From positions 28,324 through 92,323 of the forward strand of contig JAZQGS010000001.1 of the NCBI GenBank assembly GCA_045540195.1: a stretch of DNA of 64,000 nucleotides, given 5' to 3'. Position numbers and translations under genes: made by a program. The stretch is from Acutalibacteraceae bacterium (GTDB lineage: Bacteria > Bacillota > Clostridia > Oscillospirales > Acutalibacteraceae). The notes under the pieces were generated by a model. That model was given only the letters and a program-made list of their open reading frames with translations. It was not told the origin of the DNA and did not search any database. This document shows positions 17,394 to 27,151 of the stretch, one piece after another; positions within the stretch are counted from its first letter, which is position 1, and every line of letters begins with the position of its first letter.

Positions 17394-18155
17394 TCAGAAG
17401 CCTGTGCGCTTGCGGATTTCTTTTTTCTCAGCGTGAGGAACGGCTGAATCCGAGAGGACAGCCTTGCCCGCATCGTGAAGCATAATTTGCAGATTATGCT
17501 TGCTGATATCCGCGGGGAAATAACGCATCAGCTCACCAATGTCATTTGATCGTCGGTTAGGGGAGTGGGCATCAGTTGCGATAAAGGTTGCCAGCCCGTG
17601 ATACGCCATTGAGTATGCAAGCTCAAATTCCTGAGGACCGTCAAAGCTCGCAAGGCTGCCTGCGTTGAGCTGAAAAAGCACTCCGTTTCTTGCAAGTGAG
17701 TTGACTGCATCATAGTTATCCTGAAAATACTGATATCTTTCGGGATGCGCAATAATCGGAACAAGTCCCATTTTTACGATTTCGTCAAGATAATCATAAA
17801 TCTTTCTGATGCTGAGATTTCTGAATGCAAATTCAATCAGAATATATCGGCTTGAATTTATCGTCAGCGCCCGAAGGTCGTCTGCGAAAAATATGTCGTC
17901 GTCAACATAGACCTCCGCGCCGGGATAAATGCTGACCTCGATATTTTCTTCCTCAAGTCTTTTGCGAAGGATGCTGATTTTGCTGTCGCGCAGAGCGACA
18001 AACTCCGCGGCATTGTCCATTGTTCTGATATGCGGAGTCATAACAATGTGACGGATTCCGTTTGCCTGCGCCGTACGGCACATCCGCAAAGAGGTTTCGA
18101 GGTCGCGTGCGCCGTCATCAATCGAGTTGAGAATATGCGTGTGAATATCAACCAT
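17394..18155 (-). CDS. PHP-domain protein-tyrosine phosphatase (CpsB/YwqE type)
   Basis: N-terminal MVDIHTHILNSIDDGA, with later HPERY and DAHS histidine motifs. Confidence 0.85.
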   Translation of the reverse strand: MVDIHTHILNSIDDGARDLETSLRMCRTAQANGIRHIVMTPHIRTMDNAAEFVALRDSKISILRKRLEEENIEVSIYPGAEVYVDDDIFFADDLRALTINSSRYILIEFAFRNLSIRKIYDYLDEIVKMGLVPIIAHPERYQYFQDNYDAVNSLARNGVLFQLNAGSLASFDGPQEFELAYSMAYHGLATFIATDAHSPNRRSNDIGELMRYFPADISKHNLQIMLHDAGKAVLSDSAVPHAEKKEIRKRTGF

Positions 18156-18176
18156 ATTATTCTCAGATCCTTTTCA

Positions 18177-20084
18177 TCAATGAATTATGCCGTGGGACTG
18201 CTGCTCCACATAATTGGGAACAATCTCTTTGAGAATCCGTCTGATTTCGCTCTCGTCGGCGGCCCTGAGCTCATCGAGCTTCTTTTCAAAAAGGTCGTCG
18301 TCCATTTTGAGCGGCTTGGTAACGAAAATCTTGTTGTTCGCGGTCATCTTTCGCTCGTTGCTCTCTTCCTCAAGAGCAAGCTCCTCATAGAGCTTTTCAC
18401 CCGGTCGCAGACCTGAAAACTTGATTTCGATTTCGGAATAAGGCTTATAGCCTGAAAGGCGGATAAGGTTTTCTGCAAGGGAAAGAATTTTGACGGGCTC
18501 ACCCATATCAAGAACAAAGATTTCGCCGCCCGTCGCAAGTCCGCCTGCCTGAGCGACAAGCTGAGACGCTTCGGGAATTGTCATAAAGTATCTTGTGATA
18601 TCGGGGTGAGTGACGGTTACGGGACCGCCCTCCTTGATCTGTTCAGTAAAAATAGGAATAACGCTTCCGTTTGAGCCGAGAACATTACCGAAGCGCACTG
18701 CCGTGAACATCGTGCTTCCGCCGCACTTGCGTTGGAAATACTGAACAACCATTTCCGTAACGCGTTTTGTTGCGCCCATAACATTGGCAGGGTTGACGGC
18801 CTTGTCGGTCGAGATGCTGACAAAACGGCTGACACCGAAATCAATGGCGGTTTTAGCGACATTGTATGTGCCGAAGATGTTGTTTTTAACGGCTTCCTTG
18901 GGGCTGTCCTCCATAAGCGGAACATGCTTATGAGCCGCCGCGTGAAAAACAACTGTGGGATGAAACTCCTCGAATACCTCAACGAGTCTCTTTTCGTCAC
19001 GGATTGAGCCTATGCGGATATGAACCTCGGGATAACCGTGATTGATTGAGTCAAGCTGATTTTTGAGCATATAAGCATTGTTTTCATAAATATCAAAAAC
19101 AACGATTTTTTCGGGATTGTATTTCGAAATCTGTCGGCAAAGCTCACTGCCGATTGAGCCGCCGCCGCCCGTGACGAGAATTGTCTGACCTGTGATATAG
19201 TTGCAGACCTCGGGGTCAAGCTTGACCTCAGGACGGGAAAGAAGGTCTGAGATGTTGACATCGCGGATTCTGTTGACCTCAACACCCTCAGTCATTTCGT
19301 TGATTGTGGGGGATGTCTTGAGCTTACAGCCTGTTGTGACAGCAAGTCTCATAATCTCAGTCTGTCTTTCATTGCTTGCTGACGGAAGACACATAATGAT
19401 TGTATCGATATCATACTTTCGTGCAAGCTCGGGAATATTGTTACAGCTTCCCTTGACGGGAACACCGCGAAGACGCTTGCCTATTTTATAAGGATTATCG
19501 TCAACGGCAATAACGGGCTTGCCCTTAGCATAGTTTGACGCGCCGAGCTCGCTGATAATAATCATACCCATATCGCCTGCACCGACAATCATAACTCTGT
19601 CGATTTTATGATGATTGCTGAATTTTTTAATGCGTATCATACGGCGCACCACGCGGTAAATAAGACGCATTCCTGCAATAAATATTGCCGCGAGAATTGT
19701 GCCGAGAACATAAACATAGATACTCAGACAGCCGCGGCCGATCTGATCCATAGCAAAGCCGAATTCAGTCATCGCAAGGTCGATAGCCACGCTCGACATA
19801 CCGCCTATGAAAACCGCTGCGCAGATGTTGCCGAGCTCTCTGATGCCTGCGTATTCCCACATACTGACATAAACCTTAAAGGCGTTAAGAAGCATCCAGA
19901 AAACGATTGTAACGGGTATTGCCCTTTGTGCAAAGATGCTTACCCATACATCAAAGCTTGCCTCATCCATAACGAAGCTGACTGTGAATTGAGCGACTAT
20001 ATAAGCAAGATTGACTGCGATAAGGTCATAGACCGTCATCAGTATTCTCTTAGTAAAACGAGCTTTCAGATTTATCCGTCCCAT
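18177..20084 (-). CDS. membrane-bound nucleotide-sugar 4,6-dehydratase/epimerase (CapD/PglF/EpsC family)
   Basis: Four N-terminal TM segments, Rossmann motifs VGAGDMG and VTGGGGSIGSEL, and the SDR region STDKAVNP. Confidence 0.88.
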   Translation of the reverse strand: MGRINLKARFTKRILMTVYDLIAVNLAYIVAQFTVSFVMDEASFDVWVSIFAQRAIPVTIVFWMLLNAFKVYVSMWEYAGIRELGNICAAVFIGGMSSVAIDLAMTEFGFAMDQIGRGCLSIYVYVLGTILAAIFIAGMRLIYRVVRRMIRIKKFSNHHKIDRVMIVGAGDMGMIIISELGASNYAKGKPVIAVDDNPYKIGKRLRGVPVKGSCNNIPELARKYDIDTIIMCLPSASNERQTEIMRLAVTTGCKLKTSPTINEMTEGVEVNRIRDVNISDLLSRPEVKLDPEVCNYITGQTILVTGGGGSIGSELCRQISKYNPEKIVVFDIYENNAYMLKNQLDSINHGYPEVHIRIGSIRDEKRLVEVFEEFHPTVVFHAAAHKHVPLMEDSPKEAVKNNIFGTYNVAKTAIDFGVSRFVSISTDKAVNPANVMGATKRVTEMVVQYFQRKCGGSTMFTAVRFGNVLGSNGSVIPIFTEQIKEGGPVTVTHPDITRYFMTIPEASQLVAQAGGLATGGEIFVLDMGEPVKILSLAENLIRLSGYKPYSEIEIKFSGLRPGEKLYEELALEEESNERKMTANNKIFVTKPLKMDDDLFEKKLDELRAADESEIRRILKEIVPNYVEQQSHGIIH

Positions 20085-20273
20085 TTTATACCCTCCGTTG
20101 CTTTTGAAGTGTACACACTAAACTTAGTATATTCTAATATAATAATTAGGAAAAGTCAAGCAAAGCGGTATCGTAAAGGCAGGTGAATTATGGGAATTTA
20201 TTGCCTTCAGCGGCATTGACACGGCACGGATGATGTGATAATCTAAAATAAAAAGAACAAAGGAGTTTTTTAT

Positions 20274-20585
20274 ATGATAGGTCTCGGTACTTGGGAAGCC
20301 CCGATTAACACAATGCTGTTCAGAGGAACAGGCAGAGTTACGATCAGCGATGTCAACGGCGAATACGATTTTAAATTTGAGCTCGTCGGCGAAAATCTTC
20401 CTAAAATAACAGTCAAGGATGTTGAAGAGGACGGCAACACCCTCACAGCCGTAGGCGAGTGCGAAGCATTCCCCGGCAAGGAGATTCCCGTGACGGTTGA
20501 CTTTGAAGAGGACACCTTTGTGTGTGTTGTCAAGCTCCCGTTTGTCGGAAAAATCAAATTAAGCGGCAATAAAATTGCAGATTGA
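20274..20585 (+). CDS. small hypothetical protein
   Basis: AAGGAG RBS and 103 codons. No motif recognised. Confidence 0.55.
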   Translation: MIGLGTWEAPINTMLFRGTGRVTISDVNGEYDFKFELVGENLPKITVKDVEEDGNTLTAVGECEAFPGKEIPVTVDFEEDTFVCVVKLPFVGKIKLSGNKIAD

Positions 20586-20591
20586 TGTAAC

Positions 20592-20621
20592 AACGGCTCA
20601 CCTCGAAGGAAGTGAGCCGTT
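20592..20621. terminator. hairpin between convergent genes
   Basis: aacggctcac ... gtgagccgtt. The flanking T-tracts are weak. Confidence 0.5.
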
Positions 20622-20625
20622 AGCT

Positions 20626-22254
20626 TTATTTATTCTCGTTTTTCAGATAGTTAATCTCTCTTTTTATAATATTGAAAAGCTGGCGGAAGAAGCGGATGAT
20701 TTTTTCAACAAGCCATTCTCTGTCATATTCGCCGTCCTCGCCGTCACCTGCATAACAGCCGATGTTTGCGCTTGTGATTTCATTGCCGAAGAAGTCCGTT
20801 GTGAGGTCATCCTCAATGACCTTGCCCTTGCCGATAAGCGGTGAATCAGCAAGAAGCTTATATGCCTCATAGCCCTCTCCGCCGACAAAGCCGGGAACGG
20901 TGTTCTTTGAAGAGATTATATCATAAATCGGCTTAGGACAGTTATAATAGCAGTTGTTTGAAAAATCCATTCCCGAGCCGATGATGTCATCAAGCTCGAA
21001 ATAAATCTTTTCGCCGTCCTTAGGAATGATGATGTTGTTTGCAAAAATTCCGTCGTAGATATCGGTTACCTGGAACTCTCCGCAACCGATGATTGTGTTG
21101 TTGTAGAACTTGAAGCCGTACTCACCTGCGGCTGAGCTTGTCTTGCTTCTGCCCTGACCGTCATTCACGGAAAGGCAATATCTGACTGTGTTATTGTGCT
21201 GACCGCTGTAATTTGCGTTGTTGCACATAAAGCGCATATTATCGTGTGAATAGATGTACTGATATGTACAGTTGTTGGTGTGTGAGTCAAAGTCGACAGT
21301 CATTCCGTCACCGAAATTCTTCTGTCCTGCGATTTCGCAATACTGAATAATGCTGTTTTCACTGCCCCAGAACCACATAGCCGCCGTGAAATATGTCGGC
21401 TCTCCGTTTTCGTCAACACCGCTGCCCTGACAGCAGTCGATTGAACGGCAATGGGTTACGAGTGCGCCATCGCACATACCGACAATGATTGCCTCACTGT
21501 CCATATCGTGGAAGTAACAGCCCTTCACGAGCAGACCTGTGTTGTAAACGGGATCAATTTCCTCCTCGGTTTCGCACCACGGTGTCTGAGATTCGTTCCA
21601 CGAGCCCCATACATTTATACCGTTGCCGCAGTCATACATCTCACAGTTTGTGATTGTAAGGTCATTGACCGCATAGCGTGAGCGCGCGGGAAGTCCCTTG
21701 ACCATAATACAGCATCTTGCCGCCGCTGCACCTGCTGATGCGTTGTCTCTTGCAGGCAGATGATAGTTCTGAATATCATGAAATTCGACATTGTCAATTG
21801 TGATGCCGTATGAGGTTTCGTTGAGAGTGTCAATCCAGATTCCGCCGCCGTTGGGTGCGGTGATTTCAAGGTTTGAAACAGTAATATAACTGCAATCGAA
21901 AAGGCGGAGAACCTCCGTTGCCTCATTGGTTGTCAGAAGAGGCTTTTCACCCTCACCGTAGGAGGAAATCACAATCGGATTTTCCTTTGTTCCCGATGCG
22001 GTAAGAGTTGCCGCACATTCGTACACACCGCCGCATTTAAAAAGAACATTCACACCTGCAACAAACGGAACGCCGCCGAGCGGAGCAATAGTCTTCCACG
22101 GCTTTGCGAGTGTACCGTCACCTGTTGTGTCATCACCGTCGGCTGAGTCAACATAATAGCAGACAGTATCCGCGGCAAAAGCGGCAGGCATGCTGACAGC
22201 TATCACAGAGAAAAGCATAACAACCGACATCAGCACTGAAAGTATCTTTTTCAT
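20626..22254 (-). CDS. secreted right-handed parallel beta-helix (pectate-lyase-fold) protein
   Basis: Signal peptide ending AAFA. Repeated short beta-helix-like turns rich in N/G/C/I, such as ITNCEMYDCGNGINVWG. Confidence 0.75.
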   Translation of the reverse strand: MKKILSVLMSVVMLFSVIAVSMPAAFAADTVCYYVDSADGDDTTGDGTLAKPWKTIAPLGGVPFVAGVNVLFKCGGVYECAATLTASGTKENPIVISSYGEGEKPLLTTNEATEVLRLFDCSYITVSNLEITAPNGGGIWIDTLNETSYGITIDNVEFHDIQNYHLPARDNASAGAAAARCCIMVKGLPARSRYAVNDLTITNCEMYDCGNGINVWGSWNESQTPWCETEEEIDPVYNTGLLVKGCYFHDMDSEAIIVGMCDGALVTHCRSIDCCQGSGVDENGEPTYFTAAMWFWGSENSIIQYCEIAGQKNFGDGMTVDFDSHTNNCTYQYIYSHDNMRFMCNNANYSGQHNNTVRYCLSVNDGQGRSKTSSAAGEYGFKFYNNTIIGCGEFQVTDIYDGIFANNIIIPKDGEKIYFELDDIIGSGMDFSNNCYYNCPKPIYDIISSKNTVPGFVGGEGYEAYKLLADSPLIGKGKVIEDDLTTDFFGNEITSANIGCYAGDGEDGEYDREWLVEKIIRFFRQLFNIIKREINYLKNENK

Positions 22255-22417
22255 ATAAAAGCCTCCTGTTAGGATTCAGTTAATAGCAGTAACGCTGTTT
22301 TGATTATATCACGGTATATTTTACCGGTCAAGAATATTTGCTTTTATTCTGTTTTGTTATGGATTTATCATTGAATCTGTGTTATAATCACCAAAAAAGG
22401 TGAAAGGAAATAATCTG

Positions 22418-23221
22418 ATGAAACGAATTATATCAATTATTTTAGCGGCTGTTATTGTGTGCTCGCTCTGTGTCGGTGCTTCGGCAAGACTTGTGGGTGA
22501 TGTCAATTCAGACGGAAAAACAAATTCAATAGATGCGCTCCTGATTCTTCGCAAGGGCGTCGGCTACAACGACTCAATCAACGAAGCTTATGCCGATGTC
22601 AATTCAGACGGAAAAATCAATTCACTTGATGCGCTGACGGTTCTTCTTATTTCTGTCGGAAAATATGACGGCGACCTCGAGATTGAGGATGAGCTTGTGA
22701 CAAATTATAAGGCACAGATTGTTGACCCCGTTATGGCAACAGGTTGTTATACAATTATAACTGAGGTTGAAACGGACGGCGTTGTCAACACTGTCAGCAT
22801 AATGATAGACGGAAAAAATGTCTGTGTCGAAACAACCGCTCAGGATAAGACAATACGCATTTTGAACCTTGACGGCAAGAATTATCTTGTATTCCCGATG
22901 AAGCTGGGACTGAGCAAGGGCGTATACGGTGAGGTTGACAAGCAGCTTGACCTCGGCGGCGGAACACCTGCAAAGGTAACCTACAAGGGCTCGACATACG
23001 AAACTGTTGACGGCGTTAAGTATGTGTGCGAGACTTACAGTCTTGAGGACGGAACAATTACAAAGTATTATTTCAGGGACGGCAAATGGGCAATGATGGC
23101 AACCGTTGATGCCGAAGGAACAAATATACAGAAAATCACCGACTTCAAAAAAGGCGTTGACGAATCGAGCTTCAGCCTCAAGGGCTACACAAAAATCGAC
23201 CTCAGCGGCGCAGTAAATTGA
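22418..23221 (+). CDS. secreted protein with N-terminal dockerin and a domain of unknown function
   Basis: Signal peptide MKRIISIILAAVIVCSLCVGASA, then GDVNSDGKTNSIDALLIL ... ADVNSDGKINSLDALTVL. The track GTG at 22400 is less likely than the ATG at 22418. Confidence 0.8.
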   Translation: MKRIISIILAAVIVCSLCVGASARLVGDVNSDGKTNSIDALLILRKGVGYNDSINEAYADVNSDGKINSLDALTVLLISVGKYDGDLEIEDELVTNYKAQIVDPVMATGCYTIITEVETDGVVNTVSIMIDGKNVCVETTAQDKTIRILNLDGKNYLVFPMKLGLSKGVYGEVDKQLDLGGGTPAKVTYKGSTYETVDGVKYVCETYSLEDGTITKYYFRDGKWAMMATVDAEGTNIQKITDFKKGVDESSFSLKGYTKIDLSGAVN

Positions 23222-23228
23222 TAAAATA

Positions 23229-23256
23229 AAAGCAGGTCTGATGACCTGCTTTTTGT
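23229..23256 (+). terminator. intrinsic terminator
   Basis: aaagcaggtc-tgat-gacctgcttt plus T-tract. Confidence 0.75.
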
Positions 23257-23267
23257 GTTTATGCAAT

Positions 23268-23297
23268 AAAAAAACCGACAAGTCGAAACTTGTCGGT
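23268..23297 (-). terminator. terminator of tRNA-Gln
   Basis: Hairpin accgacaagt-ttcg-acttgtcggt followed by T6 on the reverse strand. Confidence 0.75.
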
Positions 23298-23302
23298 TTT
23301 TA

Positions 23303-23376
23303 TGGCAGCGGAATAGGGATTCGAACCCCAACAAACAGAGTCAGAGTCTGTCGTGCTACCGTTACACAATTCCGCT
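23303..23376 (-). tRNA. tRNA-Gln (anticodon CUG), CCA encoded
   Basis: Hand-folded cloverleaf with acceptor AGCGGAA/TTCCGCT, anticodon stem ACAGA/TCTGT and loop CUCUGAC. It has a GGTTCGAATCC T-arm, discriminator G and terminal CCA; 74 nt. Confidence 0.88.
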
Positions 23377-23390
23377 AAAGAACGCTTGTT

Positions 23391-23419
23391 ATTATACACA
23401 TTCGGATATGGTTTGTCAA
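23391..23419 (-). promoter_or_regulatory. consensus sigma-A promoter for tRNA-Gln
   Basis: Reverse strand reads TTGACA, 17 nt, TATAAT. Confidence 0.7.
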
Positions 23420-23484
23420 CACTTTTTTGAAAAAATTATAAATTATTTTCAACATTTGTCTTTGTGACAGGCGTTTCTGTGGCT

Positions 23485-24561
23485 TCAGCTTTTTGCTGTT
23501 TTCTTCTCAAGCATAATCGCAACCGCAAGTGCGGTGATACCTGCGACGAGCTTGCCGACTATTACGCTCAGGATGTGTGTCTCGTTAAACGAAAGCGTAA
23601 AGGCAAGGTGGTCGCCGAAAACGAATGCCGCCGATACGGCAAAGGCGAGATTCATCACTCTGCCCTTTCTGTTCATCTTGTCTGCACTTTCCATTGTGGC
23701 AATCGAGTTTGCGAGCGTTGCGATAAGTCCGACAACGGATGCGTCATCAAGTCCGAGCTTTTTGCCGAGGGCCGAAAGAGGCTTATTGAGAAGCTTTGAA
23801 ATAATCGCAATCAGAGGGAATGTACCTGCCAGAGTGATACAGATTGTGAATACCGTTGATGCACTTTCCATAATCGGTGCGGTGCTTGCGAGGATAGTTT
23901 TTCCTGTCAGCTCCTGAAAAATTCCGAGAGCCAGACCGCAGGTGATAAGAATTGAAATGACTTTTCCGAAAACCGAAAAAACCTTGATCGTGACAGACGG
24001 AAGCTTCAGAAGACCGATGATGATAATGACTGAAATCAGAATTGCGGGTGCGAGATTTATAAGCACGGTGAGAGGGGATATGCCCATCATAATTCCCGAG
24101 ACAAAGCAGCCGACGGGGATTGTGCTGATACCGCAGAGAAGTCCGAGAAGAACATCGTTGTGATTTTCTTTTTTACTTGAACGAAGCGCAACGGGTATCG
24201 TAAAGGATATTGTCGCACCGAGCATTGAAGCTACACAAAGACCGTGGAATGCGCCCAGAAGGTCATCCTTAGCGATGGACTGAGCGAGTGAGGCTCCGCC
24301 CATATCGTTGGCAATAAGTATTCCTGCGAGTGCCGACGGATCAAATCCGAAAAGATCGGCAACGGGGGCAATAACGGGAATAAGCAGGTCGGCGAGTGCG
24401 GGCGCAATCGTCATCATTCCGATCATCGAGAGCGAGAGCGGGCCGAGAGTCATAATTCCTTTTTCAAATTCGTCACCGAGCTTCAGGCGGTTGCCGAAAA
24501 CCTTATCGAGCGCACCGATAACGGCAAACACCGCCATGACGGCAGCAAGTATCTGTGCCAA
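23485..24561 (-). CDS. eutH: EutH-family membrane transporter (ethanolamine permease-like)
   Basis: Multi-TM protein. Segments IANDMGGASLA, FTIPVAL, ATLANSI and AFAVSAAFVFGDHLAF match my recollection of Salmonella EutH. Confidence 0.7.
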   Translation of the reverse strand: MAQILAAVMAVFAVIGALDKVFGNRLKLGDEFEKGIMTLGPLSLSMIGMMTIAPALADLLIPVIAPVADLFGFDPSALAGILIANDMGGASLAQSIAKDDLLGAFHGLCVASMLGATISFTIPVALRSSKKENHNDVLLGLLCGISTIPVGCFVSGIMMGISPLTVLINLAPAILISVIIIIGLLKLPSVTIKVFSVFGKVISILITCGLALGIFQELTGKTILASTAPIMESASTVFTICITLAGTFPLIAIISKLLNKPLSALGKKLGLDDASVVGLIATLANSIATMESADKMNRKGRVMNLAFAVSAAFVFGDHLAFTLSFNETHILSVIVGKLVAGITALAVAIMLEKKTAKS

Positions 24562-24627
24562 AATATCACATCCGTTTTTTATACTTCCTACATTATATAA
24601 GAGTTGCGGTGTTAAAGCAAGAATTTT

Positions 24628-26946
24628 TTATTGCACATAAACCGCAATCACGGTCATATCGTCAATGTGCTTGCCCCTTTTTCTTTCAAGGGCACAGCCC
24701 AGAATAAACCGTGCAAGCTCGTCGGGTGATTTCTGCGTGTCCCAATCCTTTAATTCGTGCTGAATCCAGTTGTTACTCTCACCGAGAATTCCGTCAGAAA
24801 CCATAAGTATGATATCACCGCGGCTGAGCGCAGCTGTTGCTTTGGCAAAGGAGGTATCCCTGAGAATACCTATCGGCAGACTTGCCTGTTCGAGCTGAGC
24901 GACTGTATCCTTGTGGCGCACAAAGGTTGCCGCGGCACCTGCCTTCATAAAATCGGCACGGCCCGTATAAAGGTCGACACACACCACATCAAGTGTAGCA
25001 AGGGATTCGTCAGCACTTTTAATAAGCAGAGCCGAGTTTGCGATTCTCAGGGCGGAATCAAAGCTCAGCCCCGACCTGACAAGCTTTGAAAAAAGTTCAG
25101 CCGCCATAGCGGAATCAACTGCCGCGCGGCTACCCGTGCCCATGCCGTCACTCAGAATAACTATATACCGTCCGTCAGCGTCACGGAAGCTTCGGTAATA
25201 GTCTCCGCAGACGGTCTCGTTGTCGGTCGGACGGCTTATTGCACCTATCGATATTTCGAAATCGAGCTTCTGACGGAAATTCAGCGTACACTCATCACCG
25301 TTTTCGTCAAGCTCGGGAATGCCGAGCTTCGTGCCTGTTGCGGTGGAGAGATTTTTTGTCAGCTGTGTTATGTTGAAATCGGGACGGGGAGTCTCCACCG
25401 TCATACTCAGAGAAAGTCTGCCAAATTTATCGAATCTGCAATCCGAGCCGATAACGCGAAGCCCTGATTCCGTTGCCTCACAAAGACAGAGTTCCGCGAC
25501 CTCGGTGTTGATGCCTGCGTCCTCGTCAAGGTCGCGCGCAATACTGCCCAGAATGTCGGCGAGGCTTCTGAACTGGTCACACATAAGCCCCTGAACCTGA
25601 CTGATTTTGCCCTGAGCGCTCTGCGATGCGCTGAAGGAAAGATAGCGGTCATATATCTGAGTGCGCATTTCGCTGAAGCAATAGCAGGCGGAATAAAAGC
25701 CCTTGGGGAAACGGGTTTCGTCAAGCTCCGCGCGGTTCTCGAGTGCCTGAACGAGTCTGTTGATGCTTTCATCTGTCGGATTCCTGATCTCGGGACGGCA
25801 GCTTTCTCTGAGCTCACATTCGTTACAGACCTTGCACCAGGCGTTTTTCACAACCTCGCCGAGCTGTGTCTGAGTCAGCGGAGTCAGGGTGTTCTGTACG
25901 GTATCAATACAGGCGGAAACTTCAGTTATTGCGTCAGATGCGCCGTAGAGTCTGTGCGAAATCTGACTGTTATTGTTTTTTACCGCCGTCGGTGCGGGTG
26001 CATTGATTTTTGAACACAGAGAGTCAAAGTGTCTGTCGGGAATTGCAAGAAAAACCGCCGCTGCCGCTATGCCCTCAAAAATTGCCATATACGAGCTGAG
26101 CGTGCCGTCGGCAACGGCGCATACTGCTACGGGAACGAGATATCCGATTGCACACGGTATCTTTCCTTTGCGCGACAGCTCACCGCCCGCGAGTCCGCCC
26201 AGGGAGTATCCGACGCTGACAATGCCTATCTCGGAGCTTAGTCCCGTCACCGCACCGAGACAGATTCCGCACAATGCGCCTCCGCTTGAGCCGCGAAGCC
26301 TTGCGAAAAGCAGTATACAGGCGGCAAAGAGCATTGTCACGGGCGAAAATCCGATGATTTTATATTTATAAAAGGGCATCAGGATGATACCGAGTGTCAT
26401 AAGCACGGTTATGATATCGGAGTTTGTAAAGCGTGAAAATTCGGTTTTGCCCCATACGAGTGACGATGCGCGCGAAAAAAGATATGCTCCCACACAGCAA
26501 AGCACGCTTTCATAAAAGACACAAAGTGAAGCCTCAAAGCTGAAGCCCGTTGCAAAGATGATTGCCGTGCCCGTCAGCAGAAGGCTCGAAAAGGAATTCA
26601 GATACATAGCGGTCGGGAGCAGGTCGCGCGAGAGAAATCTCAGATAGATTCCCTTGATAAGCACGCACATGAGTACGGCGGCGCAGTATTTCACGCTGTC
26701 CGTGCCGTCAAAAAAGAAGAATGAGCCGAGAATTGCTCCTGCGCCTGCACCGACGGTTGAATTCACTCCTGCGGCGGCGGTCAGAGAGACTGAAAACGGC
26801 GCGAAAACGCCCGAAACAAACGGATTCGACAGAAGAAATGCACCGATGAAGGCGGCAAGGTTTTTTACAACGGGCATCGGCTCAGCCTTTTGTTGAAGCT
26901 CCTCGGCCTTCTGAAGAACGGTATCCTTTAGTTTTGTTATTTCCAT
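24628..26946 (-). CDS. spoIIE: stage II sporulation protein E (membrane PP2C phosphatase)
   Basis: About 10 N-terminal TM segments, a central regulatory region, and a C-terminal PP2C with ILSDGMGTGSRA and MVSDGI. Confidence 0.9.
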   Translation of the reverse strand: MEITKLKDTVLQKAEELQQKAEPMPVVKNLAAFIGAFLLSNPFVSGVFAPFSVSLTAAAGVNSTVGAGAGAILGSFFFFDGTDSVKYCAAVLMCVLIKGIYLRFLSRDLLPTAMYLNSFSSLLLTGTAIIFATGFSFEASLCVFYESVLCCVGAYLFSRASSLVWGKTEFSRFTNSDIITVLMTLGIILMPFYKYKIIGFSPVTMLFAACILLFARLRGSSGGALCGICLGAVTGLSSEIGIVSVGYSLGGLAGGELSRKGKIPCAIGYLVPVAVCAVADGTLSSYMAIFEGIAAAAVFLAIPDRHFDSLCSKINAPAPTAVKNNNSQISHRLYGASDAITEVSACIDTVQNTLTPLTQTQLGEVVKNAWCKVCNECELRESCRPEIRNPTDESINRLVQALENRAELDETRFPKGFYSACYCFSEMRTQIYDRYLSFSASQSAQGKISQVQGLMCDQFRSLADILGSIARDLDEDAGINTEVAELCLCEATESGLRVIGSDCRFDKFGRLSLSMTVETPRPDFNITQLTKNLSTATGTKLGIPELDENGDECTLNFRQKLDFEISIGAISRPTDNETVCGDYYRSFRDADGRYIVILSDGMGTGSRAAVDSAMAAELFSKLVRSGLSFDSALRIANSALLIKSADESLATLDVVCVDLYTGRADFMKAGAAATFVRHKDTVAQLEQASLPIGILRDTSFAKATAALSRGDIILMVSDGILGESNNWIQHELKDWDTQKSPDELARFILGCALERKRGKHIDDMTVIAVYVQ

Positions 26947-27063
26947 CCCAGATTGTCCTTTCGTTTTTTAATCTATTTTATAACGCCTGTCGGGAAAAAT
27001 CTGTCACACTCTCTTGCAGATAAAAAGGAGAATTTATCAAAATTACTTATCATAAAAAACTTA

Positions 27064-27093
27064 TTGTAATTTACTGTATTATCGTGATATAAT
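27064..27093 (+). promoter_or_regulatory. candidate promoter upstream of rlmB
   Basis: TTGTAA, 18 nt, then TGaTATAAT. Confidence 0.5.
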
Positions 27094-27151
27094 ATATTGA
27101 TATGATAAGCTGACTGTTGTGGGCTTAATAATTTTTGAAACGGTGAAAGCT

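Noticed and set aside
26947-27063. Spo0A boxes (TGTCGAA) upstream of spoIIE.
   Set aside because: Only loose matches were found (ctgtcggg, gtgacag). This is not enough to call by eye.
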